Positions 38,165 through 50,755 of a stretch of 64,000 nucleotides of DNA are shown here, one piece after another (position 1 is the stretch's first letter; each line of letters starts with the position of its first letter). The notes beneath the pieces were generated by a model. The model did not search any database and was not told where the DNA came from. It was given only the letters and a program-made list of their open reading frames with translations. Source of the DNA: Mobula hypostoma (lineage: Eukaryota); assembly GCF_963921235.1 (NCBI RefSeq), contig NC_086097.1:254822001-254886000 (forward strand), in the 5' to 3' direction. Position numbers and translations under genes: made by a program.

Positions 38165-38963
38165 TCGGGACTTCTTTTACTACGCGGATCATCAGTTCCG
38201 GACTGCAGAGCTTCTCGGTGGCACAAGACTGCAGTCCGAATTGCTCCGACTCGTGACGGGATAGAATACAGAGGCATCTAATCACATAACAGGTAAGGCC
38301 AGCAGATCACTGGGTCACATTTCAGAGCGCTATGGCCGCACGCTTGCTGCTCTGACAGTACAACTCTCACTCGTCCAAAAGTAACACAAAGATAGAAATA
38401 TTAGATTGGATATGATTAGATGATGAGGACACACAGTCCTCGTTTACTGTAATTTTAAAATGCATGCGTTAAAAAATGATACAATGTTCCTCCGGTATGA
38501 TATCACAGAAACACAAGGCAGACCAAGACTAAAACTGACAAAAACCATATAATTCTACGGTTTAGTTATAACAGTGCAAAACAATACCGACAACTCACAT
38601 CAAAGTTGCTGGTGAACGCAGCAGGCCAGCATCTCTAGGAAGAGGTACAGTCGAAGTTTCAGGCCGAGATGCTTCGTCAGGACTAACTGAAGGAAGAGTT
38701 GCAAGAGATTTGAAAGTGGGAGGGGGAGGGGAAGATCCAAAATGATAGGAGAAGACAGGAGTGGGAGGGATGGAGCCAAGAGCTGGACAGTTGATTGGCC
38801 AAGGGATATCAGAGGCTCATGGGACAGGAGGCCCAGGGAGAATGAAAAGTCGAGGATGGGCACGGGGTATAGTCAGAGGGACAGAACGAGAAAAAGGAGA
38901 GCGATAGAAAGAATGTGTGTACATAGATTAATAACGGATGGGGTACGAGGGGGAGGTGGGGCA

Positions 38964-39340
38964 CTAGCATAAGTAAGGGAAGTCAATGTTCATGCCAGCA
39001 GGTTGGAGGCTACCCAGACGGAATATAAGGTGTTGTTCCTCCAACCTGAGTGTGGCTTCATCTTTACAGTAGACGAGTCCGTGGATAGACATATCAGAAT
39101 AGGAATAGGACGAGGAATTAAAATGTGCGGCCAGTGGGAGATCCTGCTTTCTCTGGCGGACGGAGCGTTGGTGTTCAGAGAAACGATCTCCCAGTCTGCG
39201 TCGGGTCTCGCCGATATATAGAAGGCCACATCGGGAGCACCGGACGCAGTATCTGACCCCAGCTGACTCACAGGCGAAGTGTTGCCTCACCTGGAAGTGC
39301 TGTCTGAGGCCCTGTATGGTGGTAAGGGAGGAAGTGTAAG
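38964..39340 (-). pseudogene. Penelope GIY-YIG endonuclease domain remnant
   Basis: VRYC..CxxC.LLYIGET...H...EQHLI pattern in ORF 38964-39413 (its N-terminus is CR1 tail sequence). Confidence 0.85.
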
Positions 39341-39345
39341 GATAT

Positions 39346-41507
39346 AGAAACATAGAAACATAGAAAATAGGTGCAGGAGTAGGCCATTCGGCCCTTCGAG
39401 CCTGCACCGCCATTTATTATGATCATGGCTGATCATCCAACTCAGAACCCAGCCTTCCCTCCATACCCTGTGACCCCTGTAGCCACAAGGGCCATATCTA
39501 ACTTCCTTTTAAACATAGCTAATGAACTGGCCTCAACAGTTTGCTGTGGCAGAGAATTCCACAGATTCACCACTCTCTGTGTGAAGAAGTTTTTCCTAAC
39601 CTCGGTCCTAAAAGGCTTCCCCTCTATCCTCAAACTGTGACCCCTCGTTCTAGACCTCCCCAACATCGGGAACAATCTTCCCGCATCTAGCCTGTCCAAT
39701 CCCTTTAGGATCTTATACGTTTCAATCAGATCCCCCCTCAATCTTCTAAATTCCAACGAGTACAAGCCCAGTTCATCCAGTCTTTCTTCATATGAAAGAC
39801 CTGCCATCCCAGGAATCAATCTGGTGAACCTTCTTTGTACTCCCTCTATGGCAAGGATGTCTTTCCTCAGATTAGGGGACCAAAACTGCACACAATACTC
39901 CAGGTGTGGTCTCACCAAGGCCTTGTACAACTGCAGTAGTACCTCCCTGCTCCTGTACTCGAATCCTCTCGCTATAAATGCCAGCATACCGTTCGCCTTT
40001 TTCACCGCCTGCTGTACCTGCATGCCCACTTTCAATGACTGGTGTATAATGACACCCAGGTCTCGTTGCACCTCCCCTTTTCCTAATCGGCCACCATTCA
40101 GATAATAATCTGTTTTCCTATTTTTGCCACCAAAGTGGATAACTTCACATTTATCCACATTAAATTGCATCTGCCATGAGTTTGCCCACTCACCCAACCT
40201 ATCCAAGTCACCCTGCATCCTCTTAGCATCCTCCTCACTGCTAACACTGCCACCCAGCTTCGTGTCATCCGCAAACTTGGAGATGCTGCATTTAATTCCC
40301 TCATCCAAGTCATTAATATATATTGTAAACAACTGGGGTCCCAGCACTGAGCCTTGCGGTACCCCACTAGTCACCGCCTGCCATTCTGAAAAGGTCCCGT
40401 TTATTCCCACTCTTTGCTTCCTGTCTGCTAACCAATTCTCCACCCACACCAATACCTTACCCCCAATACCATGTGCTTTAAGTTTGCACACTAATCTCCT
40501 GTGTGGGACCTTGTCAAAAGCCTTTTGAAAATCCAAATATACCACATCCACTGGTTCTCCCCTATCCACTCTACTAGTTACATCCTCAAAAAATTCTATG
40601 AGATTCGTCAGACATGATTTTCCTTTCACAAATCCATGCTGACTTTGTCCGATCATTTCACCGCTTTCCAAATGTGCTGTTATCACATCCTTGATAACTG
40701 ACTCCAGCAGTTTCCCCACCACCGACGTTAGGCTAACCGGCCTATAATTCCCCGGTTTCTCTCTCCCTCCTTTTTTAAAAAGTGGGGTTACATTAGCCAC
40801 CCTCCAATCCTCAGGAACTAGTCCAGAATCTAACGAGTTTTGAAAAATTATCACTAATGCATCCACTATTTCTTGGGCCACTTCCTTAAGCACTGTGGGA
40901 TGCAGACCATCTGGCCCTGGGGATTTATCTGCCTTCAATCCCTTCAATTTACCTAACACCACTTCCCTACTAACATGTATTTCGCTCAGTTCCTCCATCT
41001 CACTGGACCCTCTGTCCCTTACTATTTCTGGAAGATTATTTATGTCCTCCTTAGTGAAGACAGAACCAAAGTAATTATTCAATTGGTCTGCCATGTCCTT
41101 GCTCCCCATAATCAATTCACCTGTTTCTGTTTGCAGGGGACCTACATTTGTCTTTATCAGTCTTTTCCTTTTTACATATCTATAAAAGCTTTTACAGTCC
41201 GTTTTTATGTTCTCTGCCAGTTTTCTCTCATAATCTTTTTTCCCCTTCCTAATTAAGCCCTTTGTCCTCCTCTGCTGAACTCTGAATTTCTCCCAGTCCT
41301 CAGGTGAGCCACTTTCTCTGGCTAATTTGTATGCTACTTCTTTGGAATTGATACTATCCCTAATTTCTCTTGTCAGCCACGGGTGCACTACCTTCCTTGA
41401 TTTATTCTTTTGCCAAACTGGGATGAACAATTGTTGTAGTTCATCCATGCAACCTTTAAATGCCTGCCATTGCATATCCACCGTCAATCCTTGAAGTGTC
41501 ATTTGCC
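39346..41507 (-). mobile_element. Young 5'-truncated CR1 LINE
   Basis: (TTTCTATG)n tail; ATAT repeated at both junctions; absent from the paralogous Penelope copy near 63224. Confidence 0.92.
39442..41507 (-). CDS. CR1 ORF2 reverse transcriptase, N-terminally truncated, uninterrupted reading frame
   Basis: 692-aa ORF: NYRPVSLTS, QHGF, DFQKAFDKVPH, SGVPQGSVLGP, FADDTK, LEFRRLRGDLI; the first codons lie outside the element. Confidence 0.85.
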
Positions 41508-44313
41508 ATATGTGTAGCACTTGTTCCGCTTACAAGGATAAGTGCCAGGAGGGAGATCAGTGGGGAGGGATGGGGGCGGGAGCGGTACAACGAATGGACA
41601 AGGGAGTCGTGTAGGGAGCGATCTCTGCCAAAAGCAGAGAGAGAGTGGGGGAGGGAAGGATGTGCTTAGTGGTGGGATCCCATTGGAGGTGGCGGAAGTT
41701 ACGGAGAATAATATGTTGGACCTGGAGGCCGGTGGGGTGGTAGGTGAGGGCCAGAGGACTAATTCCGTTAGACGGAGCAGAGTGGTGGTAGAGGAGAACT
41801 GATTAGGTCTGGAATCCTAAAAGTAGCGGAGAACTTTGAGACCTTCCTGATGGGGGATGGACGTATATAGGGACTGGACATCCATGGTGAAAATAAAGCG
41901 GTGGGGGACAGGGAACTTAAAATCATCGAAAAGTTTAAGAGCGTGAGAAGTGTGATGAACATAGGTAGGAAGGGATTGAACAAGGGGGGATAAAACCGTG
42001 TCGAGGTATGCAGAAACGAGTTCGGTGGGGCAGGAGCAAGCTGAGACAGTAGGTCTGCCAGGACAGGCAGGTTTGTGGATCTTGGGTAGGAGGTAGAAAC
42101 GGGAAGTGCGAGGTGTGGGAACTATAAGGGTGGTAGCAGTTGATGGGAGATCCCCTGAGTGGATAAAGTCGGTGATGATGTGGGAGCCAATGGCCTGGTG
42201 CTCCTTAGTGGGGTCACGATCGAGGGGTAAATAAGAGGACGTATCCTTGAGTTGTCGCTGTGCCTCGGCAAGGTAGAGGTCAGTACGCCAGACTACAACA
42301 GCACCCTCCTTATCGGCGGGTTTAATAATAAGGTTAGGATGAGTGCGGAGGCAGTGGAGAGCAGAGCGTTCAGAAGGAGTGAGGTTGGAATGGAAACAAG
42401 GTGCGGTGAAGTCGAGACCGTTGATGTCCCGTCGGCAGTTAGTAATAAAGAGATCCAGAGCAGGTAGAAGACCAGAGCGGGGTGTCCATGAAGAGGAAGA
42501 GGGTTGAAGACGGGAGAAGGGGTCATCGGTGGGGGTGGAAGAGTCCTTGCCGAAGAAGTAGGCTCGGAGACGGCGGAAGAAAAGTTCCGCATCGTGGCGA
42601 ACGCGGAACTCGCTGAGGTGTGGGCGAAGGGGGACAAAGGTGAGGCCCTTACTGAGAACAGAGCGATCTGCCTCCGACAGTTGAAGGTCGGAGGGGATGG
42701 TAAAGACCCGGCACGGATGAGAGCTGGGATCAGAGGGGGGAGGGTGGGGGTGTCAATGGAGAGGGGAGGGTTGGGGTGAGAGGAAGATGGAGCCTCTGAG
42801 GGCCCAGGAGCTGACGGTGGGATCTGAGGGACACGGAGTTGCAGAGTGATGGTGGGGGAAGGGGAGACGGGAGTCACAATAGCAGCACATAAAGACCCGG
42901 TCTGGAGTTCAAGGCTGGAGTCGCAGTTGGTGGTAGCGCAATCACTTTGAAGGTGTCCATGGTCGTTGCTGGAGTCCAGGTTTTGAATATGCCCTGAGGT
43001 GCTGGAGCCGGCAAGATCGATGGCAGCGGCCGCAATCTGAAGTTCATGCCTGCTAACATCAGGGCCAGCAGGCTCTGGGGTCTGCAGATGTAATCAATAC
43101 CGTAATTTGCTAAGAGCAGACCATGGGCATGGAAAAAAAGTCTCAAAGCCCCGATGGCCTCATTATCTCACGCAGACAGTAGAAGGAAGAAACTCCGCCT
43201 GCCATGAGGATTGAGCGCCGCGAACTTGCCGATGCAGCGCCCTGGAAGCAACCGACGACAGTCCGACTCTGAGTCGGTCCAAAATCTTCGAGCCTCCGAC
43301 CAGCGCTCCGACACCGATCACCGAGCACCATCTCTCCCGAAGGCTTCACCCAAGCCCAGACCGCCAAGCAACAGGCAAAGCCGAGGATTCGGGGAATTCC
43401 CCTCCGGAGATTTTGGTTCACACAGTTGCAGCGGCAGCGAAGCAGGCCTTTCAGAAGTTTCACCAGATGTTCCTCCGTGTTCTCACGTCTGCCTCCATCA
43501 AATCAGAATTGTGCAGGGCCTCCTACTTGACAGATAACAGATATGCATCACCGGAGAGGCCGCGTGTAGCAAGTTTACAGAGGAAGAGACGGACTCAAAG
43601 GCCCAGATGGAACATCGGTGACCTCTTCGTTGGAAGACATTTAGCAATCAGTCTAGGTTGGGCGATTCCAAAGTGCACGAGCAAGGGATGCCAGAATCTG
43701 AATTTCGGCGCATCGTTGGAGGGCACCGTTGAAAGCGAAGGCAGCTGATGACATTGTTTCCGGCCTTATGTCGTTTCCATATATCCGCTGAGGTGTAATT
43801 TGGCTCAACTAATGTGGTGGCACAAGTCGGAAGATACACCTTCATATTTCTGCATGAGCTTTTGAAGTGGGAGCTGTAAAACAGAAGAGACAGATCTGCA
43901 TTAAGTGTACAGGAGCATGAAATTGGAGCGCCCTGCAGAAGCGAGCTCTTGGAACAGCAGGTTTGCAGTGTGCGTATGTCTGCACTGTGTTGTCCCTCCT
44001 ATCATCGACCCGGAGAGAAGCAAATCGTCCAGTGATGATGGAATTCAGTCATTGAGATTTTCAGCTGATTTGACTTTTATCTGTACCTTTCCAAAAGTGT
44101 CAGAAAATGTGGCAACGACATAGACAGGAATGGCAGATCCGAGAATGCTCTCTTTGATAGCAGTGTAGATTTCCAGCAGAATGTTGAGTCGTAGATGGAG
44201 TTTTTCAAACTGCCGGAAGAAACGGATGACGCGGCCATCTCCTTGGTTCATGAAGAATATCTGCTTCTGACACATGGGGTCCCGCTGGGGCGTAATAATA
44301 CAGGAAAGGTGAA

Positions 44314-47300
44314 TAGAAACATAGAAACGTAGAAAGTAGGTCCAGGAGTAGGCCATTCGGCTCATCGAGCCTGCTCTGCCATTCAGTATGATCATGGCTG
44401 ATCATCAACTCAGAACCCTGTACCAGCCTTCCCTCCATACCCCCTGATCCCTTTAGCCACAAGGGTATATCTAACTCCCTCTTAAATATAGCCAATGAAC
44501 TGGCCTCAACTGTTTAATGTGGCATAAAATTCCACAGTTCACCACTCTCTGTGTGAAGAAGTTTTTCCTAATCTCGGTCCTAAAAGGCATCCCCTTTATC
44601 TTCAAACTGTGACCCCTCGTTCTGGACTTCCCCAACATCGGGAACAATCTTCCTGCATCTAGCCTGTCAAATCCCTTTAGGATTTTATACGTTTCAATAA
44701 GATCCCCCCTCAATCTTCCAAATGCCAACGAGTATAAGCATAGTCGATCCAGTCTTTCATCATATGAAAGTCCTGCCATTCCAGGAATCAAGCTGGTGAA
44801 CCTTCTTTGTACTCCCTCTACGGCAAGAATGTCCTTCCTCAGATTAGGGGACCAAAACTGCACACAATACTCCAGGTGTGGTCTCACTTAGGCCTTGTAA
44901 AACTGCAGTAGTACCTCTCTGCTCCTGAACTCGAATCCTCTTGCTATGAATGCCAGCATGCCATTCGCCTTTTTCACTGCCTGCTGTACCTGCATGCCCA
45001 CTTTCAATGACTGGTGTTTAATGACACCCAGGTCTCGTTGCACCTCCCCTTTTCCTAAACGGCCACCATTCAGATAATAATCTGTTTTCCTGCTTTTGCC
45101 ACCAAAGTGGATAACCTCACATTTATCCACATTAAATTGCATCTGCCATGAATTTGCCCACTCAGCTAACCTATCCAAGTCACCCTGCATCCTCTTAGCA
45201 TCCTCCTCACAGCTAACACTGCCGCCCAGCTTCGTGTCATCCGCAAACTTGGAGATCTGCATTTAATTCCCTCATCCACGTCATTAATATATATTGTAAA
45301 CAACTGGATCCCAGCACTGAGCCTTGCGGAACCCCACTAGTCACTGCCTGCCATTCTGAAAAGGTCCCGTTTATTGCCACTCTTGGCTTCCTGTCTGCTA
45401 ACCAATTCTCTATCCACATCAATATCATACCGCCAATACCGTGTGCTTTAAGTTTGCACACTAATCTCCTGTGTGGGACCTTGTCAAAAGCCTTTTGCAT
45501 ATCCAAATATACCACATCCACTGGTTCACCCCTATCCACTGTACTAATTACATCATCAAAAAATTCTATGAGATTAGTCAGACATGATTTTCCTTTCACA
45601 ACCCCATGCTGACTTTAGAACCATAGAAACTACAGCACAGAAACAGGCCCTTTGGCCCTTCTTGGCTGCGCCAAATCATTTTCTGCCTAGTCCCACTGAC
45701 CTGCACACGGACCATATCCCTCCATACACCTCCCATCCATGTATCTGTCCAATTTATTCTTAAATGTTAAAAAAGAACCCGCATTTACCACCTCGTCTGG
45801 CAGCTCATTCCATACTCCCACCACTCTCTCTGTGAAGAAGCCCCCCCTAATGTTCCCTTTAAACTTTCCCACCCTCACCCTTAACCCATGTCCTCTGGTT
45901 TTTTTCTCCCCTTGCCTCAGTGGAAAAAGCCTGCTTGCATTCACTCTATCTATACCCATCATAATTTTATATACCTCTGCCAAATCTCCCCTCATTCTTC
46001 TACGCTCCAGGGAATAAAGTCCCAACCTATTCAACCTTTCTCTGTAACTGAGTTTCTCAAGTCCCTGCAACATCCTTGTAAACCTTCTCTGCACCCTTTC
46101 AACCTCATTTATATCCTTCCTGTAATTTGGTGACCAAAACTGAACACAATACTCCAGATTCGGCCTCACCAATGCCTTATACAACCTCATCATAACATTC
46201 CAGCTCTTATACTCAATACTTCGATTAATAAAGGCCAATGTACCAAAAGCTCTCTTTATGACCCTATCTACCTGTGACGACACTTTTAGGAAATTTTGTA
46301 TCTGTATTTCTCGATCCCTCTGTTCCATTGTACTCCTCAGTGCCTTACCATTAACCCTGTATGTTCTACGTTGGTTTGTCCTTCCAACGTGCAATACCTC
46401 ACACGTGTCAGTATTAAACTCCATCTGCCATTTTTCAGCCCATTTTTCCAGGTGGTCCAAGCCCCTCTGCAGGCTCTGAAAACCTTCCTCACTGTCTACT
46501 ACACCTCTAATCTTTGTATCATCAGCAAACTTGCTGATCCAATTTACCACATTATCATCCAGATCATTGATATAGATGACAAATAACAATGGACCCAGCA
46601 CTGATCCCTGTGGCACACCACTAGTCACAGGCCTCCACTCAGAAGCAATTCTCTACCACCACTCTCTGGCTTCTTCCATCGAGCCAATGTCTAATCCAAT
46701 TTACCACCTCTCAATGTATACCTAGCGACTGAATTTTCCTAACTAACCTCCCATGTGGGACCTTGTCAAAGGCCTTACTGAAGTCCAAAATTAAAATCCC
46801 CTACCACCACAACTTTATGTTTCCTGCAGTTGCCTGATATCTCTCTGCAGATTTGCTCTTCCAAGTCTCGTTGACTATTGGGTGGTCTGTAATACAATCC
46901 CACTAATGTGGCCATACCTTTCCTGTTTCTCAGCTCCACCCGTAAGGACTCAGTAGACAAGCCCTCTAATCTGTCCTGCCTGAGCTGTGCTGTAATATCT
47001 TCCCTAACAAGCAATGCTACTCCCCCACCTTTCATTCCTCTGCCTCGATCACATCTGAAACATCGGAACCCTGGAATATTAAGCTACCAGTCCTGCCCCT
47101 CCTGTAGCCAAGTTTCACTAATTGCTACAACATCATAATTCCACGTGTCAATCCACGCCCTCAACTCATCAGCCATCCCCGCAATACTCCTAGCATTGAA
47201 AAATATATACACCTCAGAAGATTTTTACCACCACTAACAACCTTTCTATCAGCGGATTTGCTTAAACTTTCAACATCATTTATTTTCACCCCAGCCACAC

Positions 47301-49690
47301 TGTCAGTTCTGGTACTCTGGTTCCCATCCCCCTGCAAATCTAGTTTAAAGCCTCCCCAATAGCACTAACAAACCTCCCTGAAAGGATATTGGTCCCCCTG
47401 TGGTTGAAGTGTAACCCGTCTCTCTTGTACAGGTCCCACCTGCCCCAGAAGAGGTCCCAATGATCCTGACATCTGAAACCCTGCCCCCTACACCAGTTCC
47501 TCAGCCACTTGTTCATCCTCCACAGCATCCTATTCCTACCCTCACTGGCACCTAGCACAGGCAGCAATCCTGCGATTACCACCCTCGAGGTCCTGCTTTT
47601 CAACTTCCTACCAAGCTCTCTATACTCACTCTCCAGGACCTCCTCACTCTTCCTTGCTATGTCATTGGTACCGATGTGCACCACGACATCTGGCTGGTCA
47701 CCCTCCCACTTCAGAATGTCATGCAATCGCTCAGAGACATCCTTGACCCTGGCACCCGGGAGGCAACAAACCATCCTGGATTCTCTGTCACGACCACAGA
47801 ACCTCCTATCTGCACCTCTAACTATCGAGTCCCCTATCACTAACGCTCTCCTCTTTTCCCCTCCCCCTCCCTTCTGCACTGCAGAGCCAGACTCAGTGCC
47901 AGAGATCCGGCTACTGCAGCTAGTCCCAGGTAAGTCATCCCCCCCAACAGTATCCAATGCGGTATACTTGTTGTTGAGGGGAATGGCCACAGGGGAACCC
48001 TGCTCTGCCTGCCGTTTCCTCATCCCTCGCCTGACAGTGACCCAATTTCGTGTCCTCTGCTCCTTTGGCGTAAGTACCTCCCTGTAGCACCTATCTATAA
48101 TCTCCCTATTCTTCCGGAATGATCCGCAGGTCATCCAGCTCCTGCTCCAGTTCCCTGACGCGGTTTGTTAGGAGCTGCAGCTGGATGCACTTCCTGCAGG
48201 TGTCGTTGTCAGGGACACTGGAGGGCTCCCTGACTTCCCACATCCTGCAAGAGGAGCATTCCAACATCCTGCCTGGCATTTTCTCTACGCTAGACAATCT
48301 GAATAAAAAACTCAGAAACTACCCTGGCCTTTGCCTTTTCTCGCGGAAGCCTGTTTGAGCCAAAGCCGTCCCACTCTGACCCAGTCGACTCAGACGAAGG
48401 CCGCTGTATATGGTGGTCTGCTTTTAAACCTTGGCTCTCTACGTCACGCGCCTGCGCAGTGCAGACCCTTCTCCCCGAGCAGTGTTTAAAAAAAACCCGG
48501 CTTTTTCCACCTGATTTCTTCACTTCTTCTCAGCTGCTTGCTTCGACTAAAACAAGAACCGTTCAAAATTTCTCTTTTTAAACCTTGGCGCCACGCGCCT
48601 GCGCAATGCAGACCCTTCCCCCCGAGCAGTGTTTAAAAAAAACGACTTTTTCTACCCGATTTCTTCACTCCTCAGCTGCTTGCTTCGACTGAAACTTTGT
48701 CCGATGATTTCGTCGCTTTCCAAAAGTGATGTTAACGCATCTTTCAAACTGACTCTAGCATTTTCCCCACCACCGATGTTAGGCTAACCGGTCTATAATT
48801 CCCCGGTTTCTCTCTCCCTCCTTTTTTAAAAAGCGGGGTTACATTAGCCACCCTCCAATCCTCAGGAACTAGTCCAGAATCTAAAGAGCTTTGAAAAATT
48901 ATCACTAATGCATCCACTATTTCTTGGGCTACTTCCTTAAGCACTCTGGGATGCAGACCATCTGGCCCTAGGGATTTATCTGCCTTTAATCCCTTCAATT
49001 TACCTAACAGCACTTCCTTACTAACATATATTTCCCTCAGTTCGTCCATCTCACTGGATCCTCTGTCCCCTACTATTTCCAGAACATTATTTATGTCCTC
49101 CTTAGTGAAGACAGAAGCAAAGTAGTTATTCAGTTGGTCTGCCATGTCCTTGTTCCCCATAATCAATTCACCTGTTTCTGTCTGTAGGGGACCTACATTT
49201 GTCTTAACCAATCTTTTTCTTTTCAGATATCTATCAAAGCTTTTACAGTCAGTTTTTATGTTCCCTGCCTGTTTTCTCTCATAATATTTTTTCCCTTTCC
49301 TAATTAAGCCCTTTGTCCTCCTCTGCTGGACTCTGAATTTCTCCCAGTCCTCAGGTGAGCCGCTTTTTCTGGCTAATTTGTATGTTTCTTTTTTGGAATT
49401 GACACTATCCCTAATTTCCCTTGTCAGCCACGAGTGCACCACTTTCCTGATTTATTCTTTTGCCAAACTGGGATGAACAATTGTTGTAGTACATCCATGC
49501 GATCTTTAAATGCTTGCCATTGCATATCCACCGTCAACCCTTTAAATGTCATTTGCCAGTCTATCTTAGCTAATTCACGTCTCATACCTTCAAAGTTACC
49601 CTTCTTTAAGTTCAGAACCTTTGTTTTTGAATTAGCTATGTCACTCTCCATTTCAAGGATGAATTCCACCATATGATGGTCACTCTTACA
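44314..49690 (-). mobile_element. CR1 LINE (same subfamily as 39346-41507), interrupted by a second CR1
   Basis: ORFs 44471-44887, 44888-45262, 45237-45599, 48744-49442 and 49424-49672; tail at 44314; interrupts the spacer AAGGTGAAT|GCGG. Confidence 0.9.
45617..48693 (-). mobile_element. Nested CR1 with 5' UTR, ORF1 and internally deleted ORF2
   Basis: ACTTT repeated at 45612-45616 and 48694-48698; ORF1 zinc finger and leucine zipper (CSSC...CRKC, LLTNRVRELEQELDDL) plus SGNH esterase (GDSIVRG, GTND, DGLH); RT ORF 45687-46628; APE-to-RT jump near 46785. Confidence 0.9.
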
Positions 49691-50105
49691 CGGGAAGGTT
49701 CCTAACAGTGGTGTTGTTGGTGATATGTGGGTGCTGACGGGCCAGATTTCAGCTGAGGTGAATATGCATGTTCAAGGTATGTTTCGGTGTCTCTGTGATG
49801 AAGTAATTGTACGCCGTATGTTTGTCGCTACATTGAAGTGGAGATAGCAATTCCAACTGCAATAACCATCGGTTTTAAAAATAGTCAGAAGGATAATTCT
49901 TTGCATGTGCGAGAATGAATTGTCGTTTGGGGACATGAAAGGTGACAGTGGCAGAGAGCGACCGTATGTGTGTCTGAGTGGTTGGTTGATGATTGAGTGA
50001 GTGTGTCTGTGTGTGAGCTGCTGATTGTGCAACGGTGAGCAGTGACAGGCATGCAATGGTGCTTGCGGCCACAGAGCAAATGACAGGAGGTCAATCGGAC
50101 GTGCT

Positions 50106-50178
50106 GGGGAATTAGCTCAAATGGTAGAGCGCTCGCTTAGCATGCGAGAGGTAGCGAGATCGATGCTCGCATTCTCCA
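50106..50178 (+). tRNA. tRNA-Ala(AGC), copy 5
   Basis: Identical to copy 2. Confidence 0.95.
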
Positions 50179-50669
50179 TTGACGTTTTGTATTCACTCGT
50201 CTCATTAAATTGCTCTGAAGTTTGGATGCCCAAAAGCTGGGGGTGGCGGTGAGGGAGGGGAACGTGTCTCAGTCAAAGGAAAGGGGAAACTTTGTTGCAT
50301 TGAAAGCAGATACGAGGAACAGCCAGCTGGCAGCTGGTGTTTCAGTAATGTATGAGCAGCAGGCGTCCACTCAGACAGAAATGAGTTAAGTGGTCGAAAG
50401 GAAATTGCCCTGGACACTGGGCGAAATGAGAAAGCTGAGTAGCCTTTGATTTTGACAAGCAAAGAGGATCAAAGAGCTGTGTTCGAGTTGCACCGAGAAT
50501 GGTGATAAGCTCGGTGATGTGCGTCATCCGGTGGCCTGCGGCCCATAGTGCTGGAAGGACTAGACATTACAATTGGCAGGCTGTTGCCATCGTTCCACTG
50601 ACACTAGGATGAAAATCTGTGTAATCATTGTCGGTAGGAGCCAGCGTGGCAAAGCTGGGTGTCGCTTTT

Positions 50670-50755
50670 CCTTCGATAGCTCAGTTGGTAGAGCGGAGGA
50701 CTGTAGAGGAAATGGAGTCATCCTTAGGTCGCTGGTTCGAATCCAGCTCGAAGGA
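50670..50755 (+). tRNA. tRNA-Tyr(GTA) with intron, copy 5 (T stem U:G changed to U:A)
   Basis: 86 nt; ...GAATCCAGCTCGAAGGA. Confidence 0.93.

Larger units (their letters stand above)
38590..43094 (-). mobile_element. Penelope-like retroelement (RT remnant + GIY-YIG), internally deleted, split by a CR1
   Basis: GVRYCVRCSRCGLLYIGETRRRLGDRFSEH...LQPAGMN; RT motif FTMDVQSLYTSIPHQEG near 41850-41895; TSD CAATACCG at 38582-38589 and 43095-43102. Confidence 0.9.

Noticed and set aside
47340..48134. SGNH/GDSL esterase as a host or captured gene
   Set aside because: The esterase is a known domain of CR1 ORF1 and here lies directly upstream of CR1 ORF2
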